Positions 39,053 through 49,724 of a stretch of DNA of 64,000 nt are shown piece after piece; within the stretch, counting starts at the first letter, position 1; each line of letters starts with the position of its first letter. Source of the stretch: an uncultured Gemmatimonadales bacterium (GTDB lineage: Bacteria > Gemmatimonadota > Gemmatimonadetes > Gemmatimonadales > Gemmatimonadaceae); contig OY969695.1 in assembly GCA_963701965.1 (NCBI GenBank), positions 800,001-864,000 on the forward strand. Direction: 5' to 3'. The notes below the pieces were generated by a model. That model did not search any database, was not told the origin of the DNA, and worked only from the letters and a program-made list of their open reading frames with translations. The position numbers were made by a program, and so were the translations under genes.

Positions 39053-40541
39053 GTGCAAATCCTCGGCGAACCCATCACCCTCGTCACCGGTCTCTTCTTG
39101 GTGCTCGCGCTGGGACTCGCGCTGAGCTTCGAGTTTGTAAACGGCTTCCACGACACAGCCAACGCGGTCGCGACCGTCATCTACACGCACTCGCTCAAGC
39201 CCAATGTCGCGGTGGTCTGGTCGGGGATGTGGAACCTGATCGGTGTGCTCGTCTCCACGGGCGCGGTGGCGTTCGGTATCGTCGCGCTGCTGCCCGTTGA
39301 ACTCGTGATCAACGTGGGGTCGGGCGCGGGATGGGCCATGGTGTTCGCGCTGCTCATATCGGCGATCATCTCGGAACCTCGGCACGTGGTATCTGGGTCT
39401 GCCGGCCTCGAGCTCGCACACGCTGATCGGTTCGATCATGGGTGTGGGATTGGCGAACTCGCTGCTGGCCAGCGGCCACGTGTTCGGCGAGGGCGTGAAC
39501 TGGGCCAAGGCGCAGGAGGTCGGCAGCTCGCTCTTGATCTCGCCCCTCGTCGGCTTCTGCTGCGCGGGTTTGCTGCTCCTCCTGGCCAAGTTCCTGATCA
39601 AGCGCCCCGACCTGTATCACTCGCCGGAGCCGGGCAAGGCGCCGCCGCACTGGATCCGCGGTCTCCTGGTCCTGACCTGCACGGGTGTGAGCTTCGCGCA
39701 CGGATCGAACGATGGGCAGAAGGGCATGGGGCTCATCATGTTGATCCTCATCGGCATCCTGCCCGGCGCCTACGCGCTCAACAGCGCGTCGTCGCAGAAG
39801 GACCTCACGCAGATCGTGGCCATGGCGACCGCGGCGGCGCCTGTGCTCCAGCGGCATGCACCGGACGACCCGCTGACGCCCGACGCGGCGAATGCGTCGC
39901 TGTCGGCGTTTCTCAAGACGACGGGCAAGGTGAGCGATACGACCTACGCGGCGTTGGCCGAGGTCGCGACGCAGCTCGGCGGCGAGCTGCAGGGGAAGAA
40001 CAATTTCAACGATCTCCCGCGCGACGATCGCAAGCACGTGCGGACCGAGATGTATCTCGTGCAAAGCTCGATCGAGAAGCTCGACAAGCAGAAGCTCCTG
40101 ACCGATCCGACGGAGAAGAAGCAACTGGTCGATCTCAAGAAGGGTCTCGAGAAGGCGACCAAGTTCATTCCCGACTGGGTAAAGTTCGCGGTCGCGCTGG
40201 CCCTCGGTCTGGGCACGATGATCGGGTGGAAGCGGATCGTCGTCACGGTCGGTGAGAAGATCGGCAAGAGCCACCTGACGTACGCCGAGGGGGCGTCGGC
40301 GGAGTTGGTGGCGATGGCGACGATCGGCGCGGCGGACTACTTCGGCCTTCCGGTCTCCACGACGCACGTGTTGTCGTCGGGCGTCGCCGGCACCATGGCG
40401 GCGAACGGCTCGGGCGTGCAAATGGGCACGCTGCGCAACCTGTTGCTCGCCTGGGTGCTGACGCTTCCCGTCTGTGTCTTCCTCGGCGCGATGACGTTCG
40501 CCGCGGGCTTCTACATCGTCTTGGCGATCGGCCTCAAATAG
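39053..40541 (+). CDS. pit: Inorganic phosphate transporter, PiT family (frameshift near 39372)
   Basis: NGFHDTANAVAT, GLPASSSH, HGSNDGQKG, PVSTTH. Confidence 0.92.
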
Positions 40542-41815
40542 ATCTTGCCGTTTTTCATGACGAAGACGACGTGACGAATGGCGGCGATCTCCTTGGTGGG
40601 ATCGCCGCTCACGGCGATGATGTCGGCCTTGAGCCCAGGCTCGATCTTCCCGATCTGATCGGCCATCCGCAGCACCGACGCGTCGACCGAGGTCGCCGCC
40701 CGTAGGGCATCGGTCGGCGACATGCCGTAGTCGACGAGCATCTCGACTTCGCGGGCGTTGTCGCCGTGGGCGAACACGCCCACGTCGCTGCCGTTGGCGA
40801 TCGTGACGCCGGCTTCGAGCGCCGCCTTGAAGCTCTGGCGCTTGCGGGTGATCCCGGCGGGCTCGGGATCGACGCCTTTCTTCCAGCCGCGATATTGGCT
40901 GACGGCGTCGCCGGCGGCCAGCGTCGGGATCAACGGGATGTGCTTCGCGGCCATCATTTTGAAGATCTCGGGCGTCCCGTCGTCGCCGTGCTCGATGGTC
41001 TCGACACCGGCGTTGATGGCGCGCCGCATGCCCTCAGCGGTGGTGGCGTGGACGGCCACGGGCCGGCCATATCCGTGGGCGGTGGCCACGGCCAGGCTCA
41101 TCTCATCCTGGGTGAAAGTTGCCATCGCTTCCCCGTGGGGGCCGACGCGATAATCGGCGTAGAGCTTGACCCAGTCGGCGCCGCGCGAGATCTGATCCCG
41201 CACGATGTGCTCGATGGAGCCGAGGTCGGCTTCCTCGGCGCCCTGGGGCGGCTCGAAGGCGTAGGCGGTCCGTGGCGGCCCGTAGGACCCGGTGGCGACG
41301 ATGGCGCGGGTGACGACGAGCATCCGGGGTCCGGGGATGATGCCTTGGTCGATCGCCTGCTTGATGCTGACATCGCCATATCCCGCGCCTTCGGTGCCCA
41401 GATCCCGCAGGGTCGTGAATCCCGCCATCAGCGTCGCCCGGGCGTGCTCCACCGCCCGCGCGGCCCGCAGCACCAGGGGCTCGCGCAAGACCTGATCGTT
41501 CCACGCCGTCTCGTTGTACGGGTGGAGGAACACGTGCGAGTGGGCGTCGATCAGACCGGGCAGCACCGTGGCGTTGGGCAGGTCGATCACCGTAGCGCCG
41601 GCCGGGGCGTCGACGGTGGGCCCGACGGCGACGATGGTGTTGCCGCGCACGAGCACGGACCAATGGCTGTGCATCGTGACGCCGTCGAAGACGCCGGCGG
41701 GATGTAGCACGACGGACGCGGAATCCTGTGCGGCGAGGGGGGCGGCGCATACGCTGCCAGCGACGGCGCTGCCAGCGATCGCTCCGGCGAGAGCTACGAC
41801 CATGGGAATTCGCAT
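40511..41815 (-). CDS. Secreted amidohydrolase (Xaa-Pro dipeptidase-like)
   Basis: Signal peptide, PGLIDAHSH, GFTTLRDLG, VAVHA, TIEHG, GSD, GKIEPGLKADII. Confidence 0.9.
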   Translation of the reverse strand: MRIPMVVALAGAIAGSAVAGSVCAAPLAAQDSASVVLHPAGVFDGVTMHSHWSVLVRGNTIVAVGPTVDAPAGATVIDLPNATVLPGLIDAHSHVFLHPYNETAWNDQVLREPLVLRAARAVEHARATLMAGFTTLRDLGTEGAGYGDVSIKQAIDQGIIPGPRMLVVTRAIVATGSYGPPRTAYAFEPPQGAEEADLGSIEHIVRDQISRGADWVKLYADYRVGPHGEAMATFTQDEMSLAVATAHGYGRPVAVHATTAEGMRRAINAGVETIEHGDDGTPEIFKMMAAKHIPLIPTLAAGDAVSQYRGWKKGVDPEPAGITRKRQSFKAALEAGVTIANGSDVGVFAHGDNAREVEMLVDYGMSPTDALRAATSVDASVLRMADQIGKIEPGLKADIIAVSGDPTKEIAAIRHVVFVMKNGKIYLRPIAKTM

Positions 41816-41973
41816 GCGGTACTATACGTTTCCCTACGCGCAAGAGGCCAGTATGCACGCCAATGGGCCTCCCTCGATCGTGTTACAAACCAACGCGTTG
41901 CGCGGATTGATCTCCGTTCGGCTGGAGCGATGACAGGCGTTGAGGGATAGATCGCAGGGACAGTTCGCCTGCC

Positions 41974-42260
41974 CTACCCCCAACGACGAGCAGCCAATGC
42001 CGTGCGCTGCGCCTCAACATCGGTACCCTGATAAACCGTCACTGGCATCTTGGTCGGACGCCAGCCTCCAACGTCGACCAGGTGGCGTAGCGGAACGCCG
42101 CGCAGCTGGTCGGCGAAACGTCGGCGGAGCGAATGCCAGCTCCGAGTTCGTGGGCGTGCGAGGCGATCGAAAGATCGGTCCGTCGCCGACGACTGGCTGT
42201 GCCGCTCGCTCGGCACGGAGCGCGGCCACCGCAACGTCGGACAACGGCGTCCGATGCAGC
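41974..42260 (-). pseudogene. C-terminal remnant of a tyrosine integrase
   Basis: TPLSDVAVAALRAERAAQPVVGDGPIFRSPR, then shifted WHSLRRRFADQLRGVPLRHLVDVGGW...TVYQ (HxLRR, GGW, catalytic Y). Confidence 0.7.
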
Positions 42261-42286
42261 CAGCACGAAGATCCTGGATGCCGTGT

Positions 42287-42691
42287 TCAACCACGACGGC
42301 CTTTCGCCCAAGCCCAGGCCGCGATCCGCCATCCCTCGGTGAGCTTGCGAAGCGCCACCGTAAAGACCGCACCGGATTGAGTGACCTGCGTACCGCGCAC
42401 CGTGAAGGTCATGGATGCGGGAACGACGATGTACGCGGTATCTCCTGTGACGTCGACATGCAGCGGCTCGCCCAGAGTCACCGTATACCCTGAAGCACCC
42501 GCATGCTCACCTTCCGCCAACACATCTCGGTACCAATCCTGAGTGGCGGTCGGCCCGTGCCACACATGCGGAGCCATCCCGTCGAGGATCGATCCCGGAA
42601 CGGCAAACGCCGCCGCCATCGCGGTCGAGTCACCGCCGTTGAAACCTTCGATGTATTGCCGGACGGTCGCCAACGGATCGGTCGCAGCCAT
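42287..42691 (-). CDS. NTF2/SnoaL-like protein
   Basis: VRQYIEGFNGGD...VTGDTAY...GWRIAAWAW. Confidence 0.8.
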   Translation of the reverse strand: MAATDPLATVRQYIEGFNGGDSTAMAAAFAVPGSILDGMAPHVWHGPTATQDWYRDVLAEGEHAGASGYTVTLGEPLHVDVTGDTAYIVVPASMTFTVRGTQVTQSGAVFTVALRKLTEGWRIAAWAWAKGRRG

Positions 42692-42939
42692 CGCGCTCAC
42701 TCCTAAGTGCTTGCGTACGTGCCAGTCTAGCGACTGGGGCCCCAATAGGTCGTTTGACCTAGGTCGCCTTGCGGAACTGCAGTGTCTTGCCGATCCCCGA
42801 TTGGGATGCCATCGTCATGCCGGACTCTACCCGAGTGCGTTCTGTCGGTTTCGCGCTCAGCGCGACGGCATCCGTCGTCCATGGTCAAACGCCCGGGATC
42901 TGCACGCCGGGTGTCATTTCCGGCAGCTACGAGCGGAGA

Positions 42940-43560
42940 TCACGATGACTCGCGCGAGCCGTGATAGTGACGGCGCGCGCGCGCACGGTCACCGCAATCC
43001 TTCTTGCACCACTTTCGCGTGCCATTCTTGCTCTCGTCCAAGAACAGCCAGTCGCAGTCACCGCACCGCTTGAGCCGCGTCAAGCGATCGGACATGAGCA
43101 GCTCGACTGCCGAGGACACGATCGGCCACACGAACGCATCGAGCTCGTCGTCGCCGACCTGAAGGACGAGCGCGAAAACGCCGGACTGCGAGATCAACTG
43201 CCGCCGGCTGCAGTCGGCGCGCCACCACTTGCCGATGTGCGCTACGGCGTCTGGAGATGGCTCGGCTCCGTCAGCGATCGGCCGAAACACCGCATAGAGT
43301 CGCTCGCGCAGGTCACGCGTTCGCTCCAGTGCCGCTTGGGCCTCGAGCGGCTCCTTGACCATCCGCCTGCCGAGGCGATCGGCACGCGACTTCTCCACGA
43401 TCCCCGCGCGGCGACCCCAGACGAGGAGATCGGCGTACGTCAGCAGGCGCTCGCGCGGAGACGCGCTCTGCCTGGCGCCTGTCGTGTTGAGCAGGTCCAG
43501 GCACAAGGCACCGCCGATAAGTTGTAACTCGCCTACTGGTAATAGTTTACGCTTCGCCAT
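42940..43560 (-). CDS. ABATE / CGNR zinc-finger protein (putative regulator)
   Basis: GGALCLDLLNT; RLKRCGDCDWLFLDESKNGTRKWC..CGDRARARRHY. Confidence 0.9.
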   Translation of the reverse strand: MAKRKLLPVGELQLIGGALCLDLLNTTGARQSASPRERLLTYADLLVWGRRAGIVEKSRADRLGRRMVKEPLEAQAALERTRDLRERLYAVFRPIADGAEPSPDAVAHIGKWWRADCSRRQLISQSGVFALVLQVGDDELDAFVWPIVSSAVELLMSDRLTRLKRCGDCDWLFLDESKNGTRKWCKKDCGDRARARRHYHGSRESS

Positions 43561-43605
43561 ACTGGCTCTACTGGCAATATCTCATGCTCAAACGTAGTTT
43601 GAGGC

Positions 43606-44427
43606 GTGATAAGCGGTGAAACCTCTCCATTTGTCATCAAGCTAGTCGTCGTCCCGGCGTTGGTTGGTGTGGCGAGCTGGATAGCCCACCGTTGGGGCCC
43701 CAATGCCGGCGGTTGGTTCGTGGCGCTCCCGCTCACGTCCGGGCCCGTATTATTTCTGCTGGCGCTCGAGCGAGGGCCGGTGTTCGCCAGAGTGGCGTGC
43801 GTTGGTGCGCTCCTCGCCATCACGTCACTGTCGGCGTTCGTGCTCGCCTACTGTTGGTCGGCTCGACGTTTCGCTTGGCAGTGGAGCAGCATCGCGGGTT
43901 GTGCGGGGTATGTCGCCTGCACTTTGACGCTCGCGCCTTTCTCGACATCGCTCGGCTGGACATTTCTCGCTGTCTCGGCGATCCTGGCCGGCGCAGTCCA
44001 TATCACCCCAGCTGGGCCGAACGAGAGTCGTCGCACCCGGGCACCTGCATGGGAAATCCCGGTTCGTATGGCACTCGCGGCCGCAATGGTGTGGGGCCTC
44101 ACGAGCGCGGCGGCGCGTGTTGGACCCTGGGTCAGCGGCCTGCTGATGCCGTTTCCTGTCACGGCCACGATCCTCGCCGCGTTCACCCATCGCCTGGACG
44201 GCGGCCGCGCCGCCTCCCAGCTCCTTCGTAGCCTGCTGATCGGGCTATTCGCGTTCGCGGTGTTCCTGCTGGTGATCGGTACAACCATCGAGCTTTGGAC
44301 GGTCGGTACCACGTTCGTCGCGGCAACAGTCGCGACCCTGGCGGTCCACGCCTTCGTGGGGCACCGGATCCGCGAGCGATCCGGAGTACCGCGTGCGCCG
44401 ACCGCACCCACGGTGATCGGCGCATGA
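43606..44427 (+). CDS. Multi-pass membrane protein
   Basis: About 8 hydrophobic segments with an internal repeat (RWGP..GGW.VALP / RVGP.VSGLLMPFP). Confidence 0.75.
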   Translation: MISGETSPFVIKLVVVPALVGVASWIAHRWGPNAGGWFVALPLTSGPVLFLLALERGPVFARVACVGALLAITSLSAFVLAYCWSARRFAWQWSSIAGCAGYVACTLTLAPFSTSLGWTFLAVSAILAGAVHITPAGPNESRRTRAPAWEIPVRMALAAAMVWGLTSAAARVGPWVSGLLMPFPVTATILAAFTHRLDGGRAASQLLRSLLIGLFAFAVFLLVIGTTIELWTVGTTFVAATVATLAVHAFVGHRIRERSGVPRAPTAPTVIGA

Positions 44428-45557
44428 CGCTCCGCGACCTGTTCGACGTGCCTACGGACGTGACGTACCTCAACTCCGCGAATATCGGACCCCGACTGCA
44501 CGCTGTGAGCCGCGCTGGCGTCGAGGCGATTCGATCGCAGGCCTCGCCCTGGCGCCTGCGGTCGCCGGACTGGTTTGCCGGTGCGGAACGTCTCCGCGCG
44601 CTCGCCGCCCAAGTCATGGGCGCCGACGCCGACGGTGTGGCACTCGTGCCGGCGGCGAGCTACGGTATCGCAGTGGCCGCAGCGAACGTCAGTGTCGTTC
44701 GCGGCCAATCCATCGTCGTGTTGGCTCGGCAGTTTCCCTCCAACATCTACGCGTGGCGAGATCTCGCGCGGCAGCGGGGCGCCCGGCTCGTGACGGTCGA
44801 ACGCGACGCGGGCAGGTGGACGGACTCGGTGCTTGCGGCGATCGACGACGACACTGCTCTTGTCGCGATCCCGAACTGTCATTGGACCGACGGCAGCCTT
44901 GTCGAGCTCGAGCCGATCTCGGTGCGCGCCCGGGCCGTCGGCGCGGCCCTCGTGATCGACGCGAGTCAATCGCTGGGCGCGTATCCGCTCGATGTCGCAC
45001 GCATCCAGCCAGACTTCCTCGTCACGGTCGGATATAAGTGGCTCCTGGGCCCGTATGGGCTCGGCTACCTGTACGTGGCGCCACGCTGGCGTGACATCGG
45101 TGTACCGCTCGAACGATCGTGGCTGACACGCCGGGGCAGCGAGGACTTTGCGCGGCTCGTCGACTACACCGACGAATACCGCGCCGGTGCGCGGCGGTTC
45201 GACATGGGAGAGTGTCCGCAGTTCAACTTGGTGCCGATGGCCTGCGCGGCGCTGGAGCAGATCCTGCGCTGGGGCGTCAGTGAGATCCAGCGCTCGTTGA
45301 CCGCGCTGACGGAAGATCTCGTCCGTCTGGCGGCCCACATCGGCTTCGAAGCCGTCGAATCTGCGGGTCGCGCTGGACACTTCGTCGGGCTGCGGAGGTC
45401 TGGCGGCATTCCGGAGACGATAGCGGCCGCGCTTGCGGCCGAGCAAATCTACGTGAGCCTACGGGGCGACTCGATCCGCGTGGCGCCTCACCGCCATAAC
45501 GACGCGGCCGATATCGATCGGCTGATCGCGATCCTGGGACGGCCATGGCATACGTGA
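44424..45557 (+). CDS. Class V PLP-dependent aminotransferase (cysteine desulfurase / kynureninase-like)
   Basis: YLNSANIGP, QFPSN, DASQSLG, GYKWLLGPYGLG, IRVAPH. Confidence 0.9.
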   Translation: MTLRDLFDVPTDVTYLNSANIGPRLHAVSRAGVEAIRSQASPWRLRSPDWFAGAERLRALAAQVMGADADGVALVPAASYGIAVAAANVSVVRGQSIVVLARQFPSNIYAWRDLARQRGARLVTVERDAGRWTDSVLAAIDDDTALVAIPNCHWTDGSLVELEPISVRARAVGAALVIDASQSLGAYPLDVARIQPDFLVTVGYKWLLGPYGLGYLYVAPRWRDIGVPLERSWLTRRGSEDFARLVDYTDEYRAGARRFDMGECPQFNLVPMACAALEQILRWGVSEIQRSLTALTEDLVRLAAHIGFEAVESAGRAGHFVGLRRSGGIPETIAAALAAEQIYVSLRGDSIRVAPHRHNDAADIDRLIAILGRPWHT

Positions 45558-45772
45558 ACCTCGGCCGGGCCTCGAGGTCTCACGCCTGGGGTTGGCGCCA
45601 GGTGGTATTGAGCTTATAATCGGGAAACAATCAGTGATTGTGTCTAGGGTTCCGCCAATCCGGTTGCGATTGGGTCTGTGACCAAGCGACACCACGGCTG
45701 CTTCAGCCGCACAACTTAAGGCATAAAAGGCCTGAGGTCATTCCTACCCCAACGGGCGGAAGGGCCGAGGCT

Positions 45773-46426
45773 ATGCCTGACACCTCATCACTTGCAGTTG
45801 CGAACGTAATCGTGCCGGGAGCGCGCATGTCCGGCAGGCTGATTGCGTTGGAACCTCTTTCCCTTGCTCACACGGACGAGTTGCTACCGATCGTTCGAGA
45901 CCCGGCCATCTGGCAATTCCTCAGCAGCAACGCGTCGACAAAGGCATCGCTCGATCGGTACATCATCGCCGCTGTGAAGGATCGCGAGGGTGGCTCGGCA
46001 GCGCCCTTCGTCGTTCGCTGGCGCCGGACGGGTTCCCTCGTCGGTGCCACTCGTTTGAAGGAGTACTGTGCCGAGCACCGCAGAGTAACGATTGGATCGT
46101 GGTTCATACCGGCCGTGTGGGGACTCGGGGCCAATCCTGAATCCAAATTGTTGTTGCTCACCGTGGCATTTGAGCAGCTGCGATGCGAGCGCGTGGAATT
46201 TCGCACCGACAGCAGAAACACGCGCTCCCGAGCCGCCTTGAAGGCGCTCGGTGCAGTGGAAGAAGGCATCCGGCGTTCGTACGCGGAGACCGGTCGAGGC
46301 AACGGGGACCGTCGCGACGACGTCCTGTACAGCCTGCTGCAAGAGGAATGGCCGGCTTCGAAGCGACGCCTAATGAACCGCATTGAAGGAATTGTGGAGA
46401 GCAATGCTGTCCTCGATGCCAGCTAG
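45773..46426 (+). CDS. GNAT acetyltransferase (RimJ/RimL family)
   Basis: IGSW, NPESKLLLL, RVEFRTDSRNTRSRAALKALGAVEEGIRR, YSLLQEEWP. Confidence 0.85.
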   Translation: MPDTSSLAVANVIVPGARMSGRLIALEPLSLAHTDELLPIVRDPAIWQFLSSNASTKASLDRYIIAAVKDREGGSAAPFVVRWRRTGSLVGATRLKEYCAEHRRVTIGSWFIPAVWGLGANPESKLLLLTVAFEQLRCERVEFRTDSRNTRSRAALKALGAVEEGIRRSYAETGRGNGDRRDDVLYSLLQEEWPASKRRLMNRIEGIVESNAVLDAS

Positions 46427-46477
46427 ACACCCATGCCGTCGTCGCCCCGGCAGGGACGGGTCGCAACTGAAATACGT

Positions 46478-46901
46478 TCAGGTGGCTGGCGGTGGCAGTT
46501 TGACGTCGATCGAAAGAAATGCGTGCCAAGCGCCATCCTCGTAGCGATAGATATCCATCCACCGCTTCCCGGTCGCCGGGCCGCCGACCCAGGCTGACGT
46601 GCCGTGCACTACGACGGTCGCGGTCGGATAAGTGTGGCAGGGGCTTGTCCGGACTGCCTGAGCGTCCGGCCCCACGCAGTTCGGCGGCGCGGTCTTCCTC
46701 GACGCCGGCCAGCGAGTACCAGCGAAAGTCCGGTGTCAGCAAACAGCGGAGAAACGTCGTGTCACCGTGGATATACGCGGCGGACCATGCACTATCCACC
46801 CGTCGGACGGACGCGGCGTCCGGGTGTTGGTGTGGCAGCTGGTGTCCGGCGCAGGAAGGAGACGCTGCGAGGAGTACGAGCGTGAGAGAAATGAGAGTCA
46901 T
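46478..46901 (-). CDS. Secreted NTF2/DUF4440-like protein, frameshift near 46632
   Basis: Signal peptide, WSAAYIHGD..LLTPDF, then VHGTSAWV...RWMDIYRYEDGAWHA. Confidence 0.65.
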
Positions 46902-47202
46902 ACGGACAACGTGCTCGCCGCGATATGAATCGGGCAAGCACATTGCAGCCAGTCGGGCCGCTACTGCAGTGACCGCGCACTTGTTACTTGCTGCGAGATA
47001 CGCTCGTTGCCTGGGACGCCGGTTGTCCGTGTTGCCGCGGAGCGATCGCAGTGGCTGCCTGGGCCGGTATGCGCGGTCGACGGACCGCGCGCCTGACGTC
47101 ATATCTCGCGATTCGCACCGCGCGACGCGCCATGTCATGGGAACCGTAGTCGGACTCGCGGTCTAAACTGTCCTGCCGGCCGCACCCTCAACCGTGGACC
47201 GA

Positions 47203-47225
47203 CAGGGACAGGTACAGGGACAGTT
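47203..47225. repeat. Tandem CAGGGACAG repeat; matching copy at 41955-41965
   Basis: CAGGGACAGGT-A-CAGGGACAGTT; CAGGGACAGTT also occurs at 41955. Confidence 0.6.
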
Positions 47226-47340
47226 GCTTGCGTTCTAGGGACTCTTTCGCGGTTCCGAATCAGGGCGGATCACGGCAGCCTCAGAGTGAAAACCCGGCAT
47301 CGTGCCGGACTTCGACACGAATATCGTTATACGTTTCCCT

Positions 47341-48120
47341 ATGGCCTCGCGCACTGGCCCGTCGATCGACCTGAACGCCGATCTCGGCGAGGGGTTTGGC
47401 GCGTACCGCCTGGGCGACGACGCGGCGCTCCTCGGGCTCGTGACGTCGGCGAGCATCGCCTGCGGATTCCACGCGGGGGATCCGATCACGATGCGGGAGA
47501 CGGTGGACGCGGCCGGCCGGACGGGCGCCGTCGTCGGCGCCCACCCGGGCTATCCGGACCGTTCGGGGTTCGGCCGCCGCGACCTTGGGGCGTCACCCGC
47601 GGAGGTCACCGCGGACGTGCTGTACCAGATCGGCGCGCTCCAGGCGATCGCGCGCGCGGCAGGCAGCCGGGTACGCTATGTGAAGCCGCACGGGGCGTTG
47701 TACAATCGCGCGGCGCGCGACGCGCCGACGGCCCGCGCTATCGCCGAGGCGGTGCGCCTCGCGGATCCGTCGCTGGTGCTCTTGGGGCTTGCGGGGAGCG
47801 CGATGATCGAGGCCGGCCGCGCGGCGGGTATCGAAACCGCCGCCGAGGCGTTCGCCGACCGGGCCTACGGGCCCGACGGATCGCTGGCGCCGCGCAGCGC
47901 CGCTGGCGCCGTGCTCACCGATCCCGACGTCGTCGCCGCACGCGCCGTGCGCCTGGTGACCGAGTCGACCGTCGAGATGCTCGGCGGCGGCGTGCTGCGG
48001 CTGCACGCCGACTCACTCTGTGTGCACGGCGACACGCCGGGCGCCCTGGCGCTGGTGCGCGCCGTGCGGGCCGCGCTCAACGCGGCCGGAGTCTCGCTGT
48101 CACCGTTCGTCCGTGGCTGA
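47341..48120 (+). CDS. pxpA: 5-oxoprolinase subunit A (LamB/YcsF)
   Basis: IDLNADLGEG, ACGFHAGD, GAHPGYPD, VKPHGALYN, EAFADR, CVHGD. Confidence 0.95.
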   Translation: MASRTGPSIDLNADLGEGFGAYRLGDDAALLGLVTSASIACGFHAGDPITMRETVDAAGRTGAVVGAHPGYPDRSGFGRRDLGASPAEVTADVLYQIGALQAIARAAGSRVRYVKPHGALYNRAARDAPTARAIAEAVRLADPSLVLLGLAGSAMIEAGRAAGIETAAEAFADRAYGPDGSLAPRSAAGAVLTDPDVVAARAVRLVTESTVEMLGGGVLRLHADSLCVHGDTPGALALVRAVRAALNAAGVSLSPFVRG

Positions 48121-48760
48121 CAGGGCGGAGATGGCCCCGCTCGGCGACCGGGCGCTGACCATCCGCCTCGGCCACACCGTCGACGCAACGCTCGCGGCAC
48201 GCGCCAATGCTTTGGCGTCCCACCTGCGCCGGGCCTCACTACCGGCCGTCTCCGAGGTCGTTCCGGGGTACGCGACGGTGACGGTGTTCTACGATCCTAC
48301 AGTCGCGACGTACGAGGCACTCTCGGCGACGCTCGCGCCTCTCTGCATCGATGCGCCTGCCAAGCTCGAGACGCCACGCGAGCACGTGATCCCGGTCGTG
48401 TACGACGGCCCGGACTTGGCCGAGGTGGCGCGCCGCACGGGCCTGGCGCCGACGGATGTCATCGCCCGTCACGTGGACCGCACGTACACGGCGTACGTCG
48501 TCGGATTCGTGCCGGGCTTCGCCTACCTCGGCGAGCTGGATCCCTCGCTCTCTCTCCCGCGCCGCGACCAACCCCGGCCCCGCGTACCCGCGGGTTCTGT
48601 GGCGATCGCGGGCCAACAGACCGCCGTGTACCCGCTGGCGACACCGGGCGGCTGGCACTTGATCGGCCACACGCGCCTCACGCTGTTCGACGCGACCGCT
48701 GATCCACCGGCTTTACTCGCCGCGGGCGACCGCGTCCGCTTCGTATCCGCGAACGAATGA
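48113..48760 (+). CDS. pxpB: 5-oxoprolinase subunit B
   Basis: LGDRAL, IPVVYDGPDL, GFVPGFAYL, VPAGSVAIA, TPGGWHLIG. Confidence 0.93.
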   Translation: MADRAEMAPLGDRALTIRLGHTVDATLAARANALASHLRRASLPAVSEVVPGYATVTVFYDPTVATYEALSATLAPLCIDAPAKLETPREHVIPVVYDGPDLAEVARRTGLAPTDVIARHVDRTYTAYVVGFVPGFAYLGELDPSLSLPRRDQPRPRVPAGSVAIAGQQTAVYPLATPGGWHLIGHTRLTLFDATADPPALLAAGDRVRFVSANE

Positions 48761-49605
48761 TCGAGGTCGCGGTAGCGCCACCGTTCGCGACGATCCAGGA
48801 CCTCGGCCGCCCTGGCTATCGCGCCTACGGCGTCCCGGTCGCGGGCGCGATGGACGCCGATGCCTTGGCCCTGGCGAACGCCCTGGCCGACAACCCGCCC
48901 AACACCGCGGCCATCGAATGGGCCGTCGGCGGTGGCACACTGCTCTTTCGGATGCCCGCGCGCTTCGCGCTTGCGGGCGCCGTCGGCGAGGTGCATCTCA
49001 ACCAGCACGCGATCGCCGTCCACGCACCGGTCGATGCGCCGGCGAACAGCACGCTAACTCTCAGCCCTCCGGCGGGCGGCCGCTTTCTGTACGTCGCGGT
49101 CTCGGGCGGGATCGACGTGCCCGTGGTCCTCGGCAGCCGCTCCACGTATCTCGCCGGCCGCTTCGGCGGCCACGAAGGCCGCACCTTGCGCACGGGCGAC
49201 GTGCTGCCGATCGGCACCGCGCGCGGCGCGGCGCCAGCGCGAGAAGCGCCGCGCAGCGGCGCGATCCGCGTGATACCGGGCCCGCACCGGAACCAATTCA
49301 CCGAAGCGCACTGGATGCAGTTCTTGGCCACCGAATACCGCGTCTCGCCAACCGCCGACCGCACCGGCTACCGCCTCGATGGACCTGCGCTCACGTCTGG
49401 CGACTGGGGCACGCTCCCATCCGAACCCGTATGCCCCGGCGCCATTCAGATCACGGCGGGCGGCACGCCGATCGCGCTGATGGCCGACGCCCCAACACTC
49501 GGTGGGTACCCCGTGATCGCCGTCGTCCATTCCGCCGACATTGGCAGCCTGGCGCAACGGGTCTCTGGCGCCAGCGTTCAATTCTTCACTGACGGATCAT
49601 ATTGA
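48757..49605 (+). CDS. pxpC: 5-oxoprolinase subunit C
   Basis: TIQDLGRPG, GAMD, LGSRST, DRTGYRL, PGAIQ, TLGGYPVIA. Confidence 0.92.
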   Translation: MIEVAVAPPFATIQDLGRPGYRAYGVPVAGAMDADALALANALADNPPNTAAIEWAVGGGTLLFRMPARFALAGAVGEVHLNQHAIAVHAPVDAPANSTLTLSPPAGGRFLYVAVSGGIDVPVVLGSRSTYLAGRFGGHEGRTLRTGDVLPIGTARGAAPAREAPRSGAIRVIPGPHRNQFTEAHWMQFLATEYRVSPTADRTGYRLDGPALTSGDWGTLPSEPVCPGAIQITAGGTPIALMADAPTLGGYPVIAVVHSADIGSLAQRVSGASVQFFTDGSY

Positions 49606-49724
49606 ATGACACGCTATTGAGATCACCGCCCAGGTGTCTCAATTGCGGTCAGCGTCGCCAGAAACCTTCCGTCGCCACCAAACGTGATGTCGATTGCGCC
49701 GCTCAAGTGTCGAGCGGTTTGGTG

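Noticed and set aside
40511..40541. 31-bp convergent overlap of pit and the amidohydrolase gene
   Set aside because: Short 3' overlaps are common and both proteins end normally.
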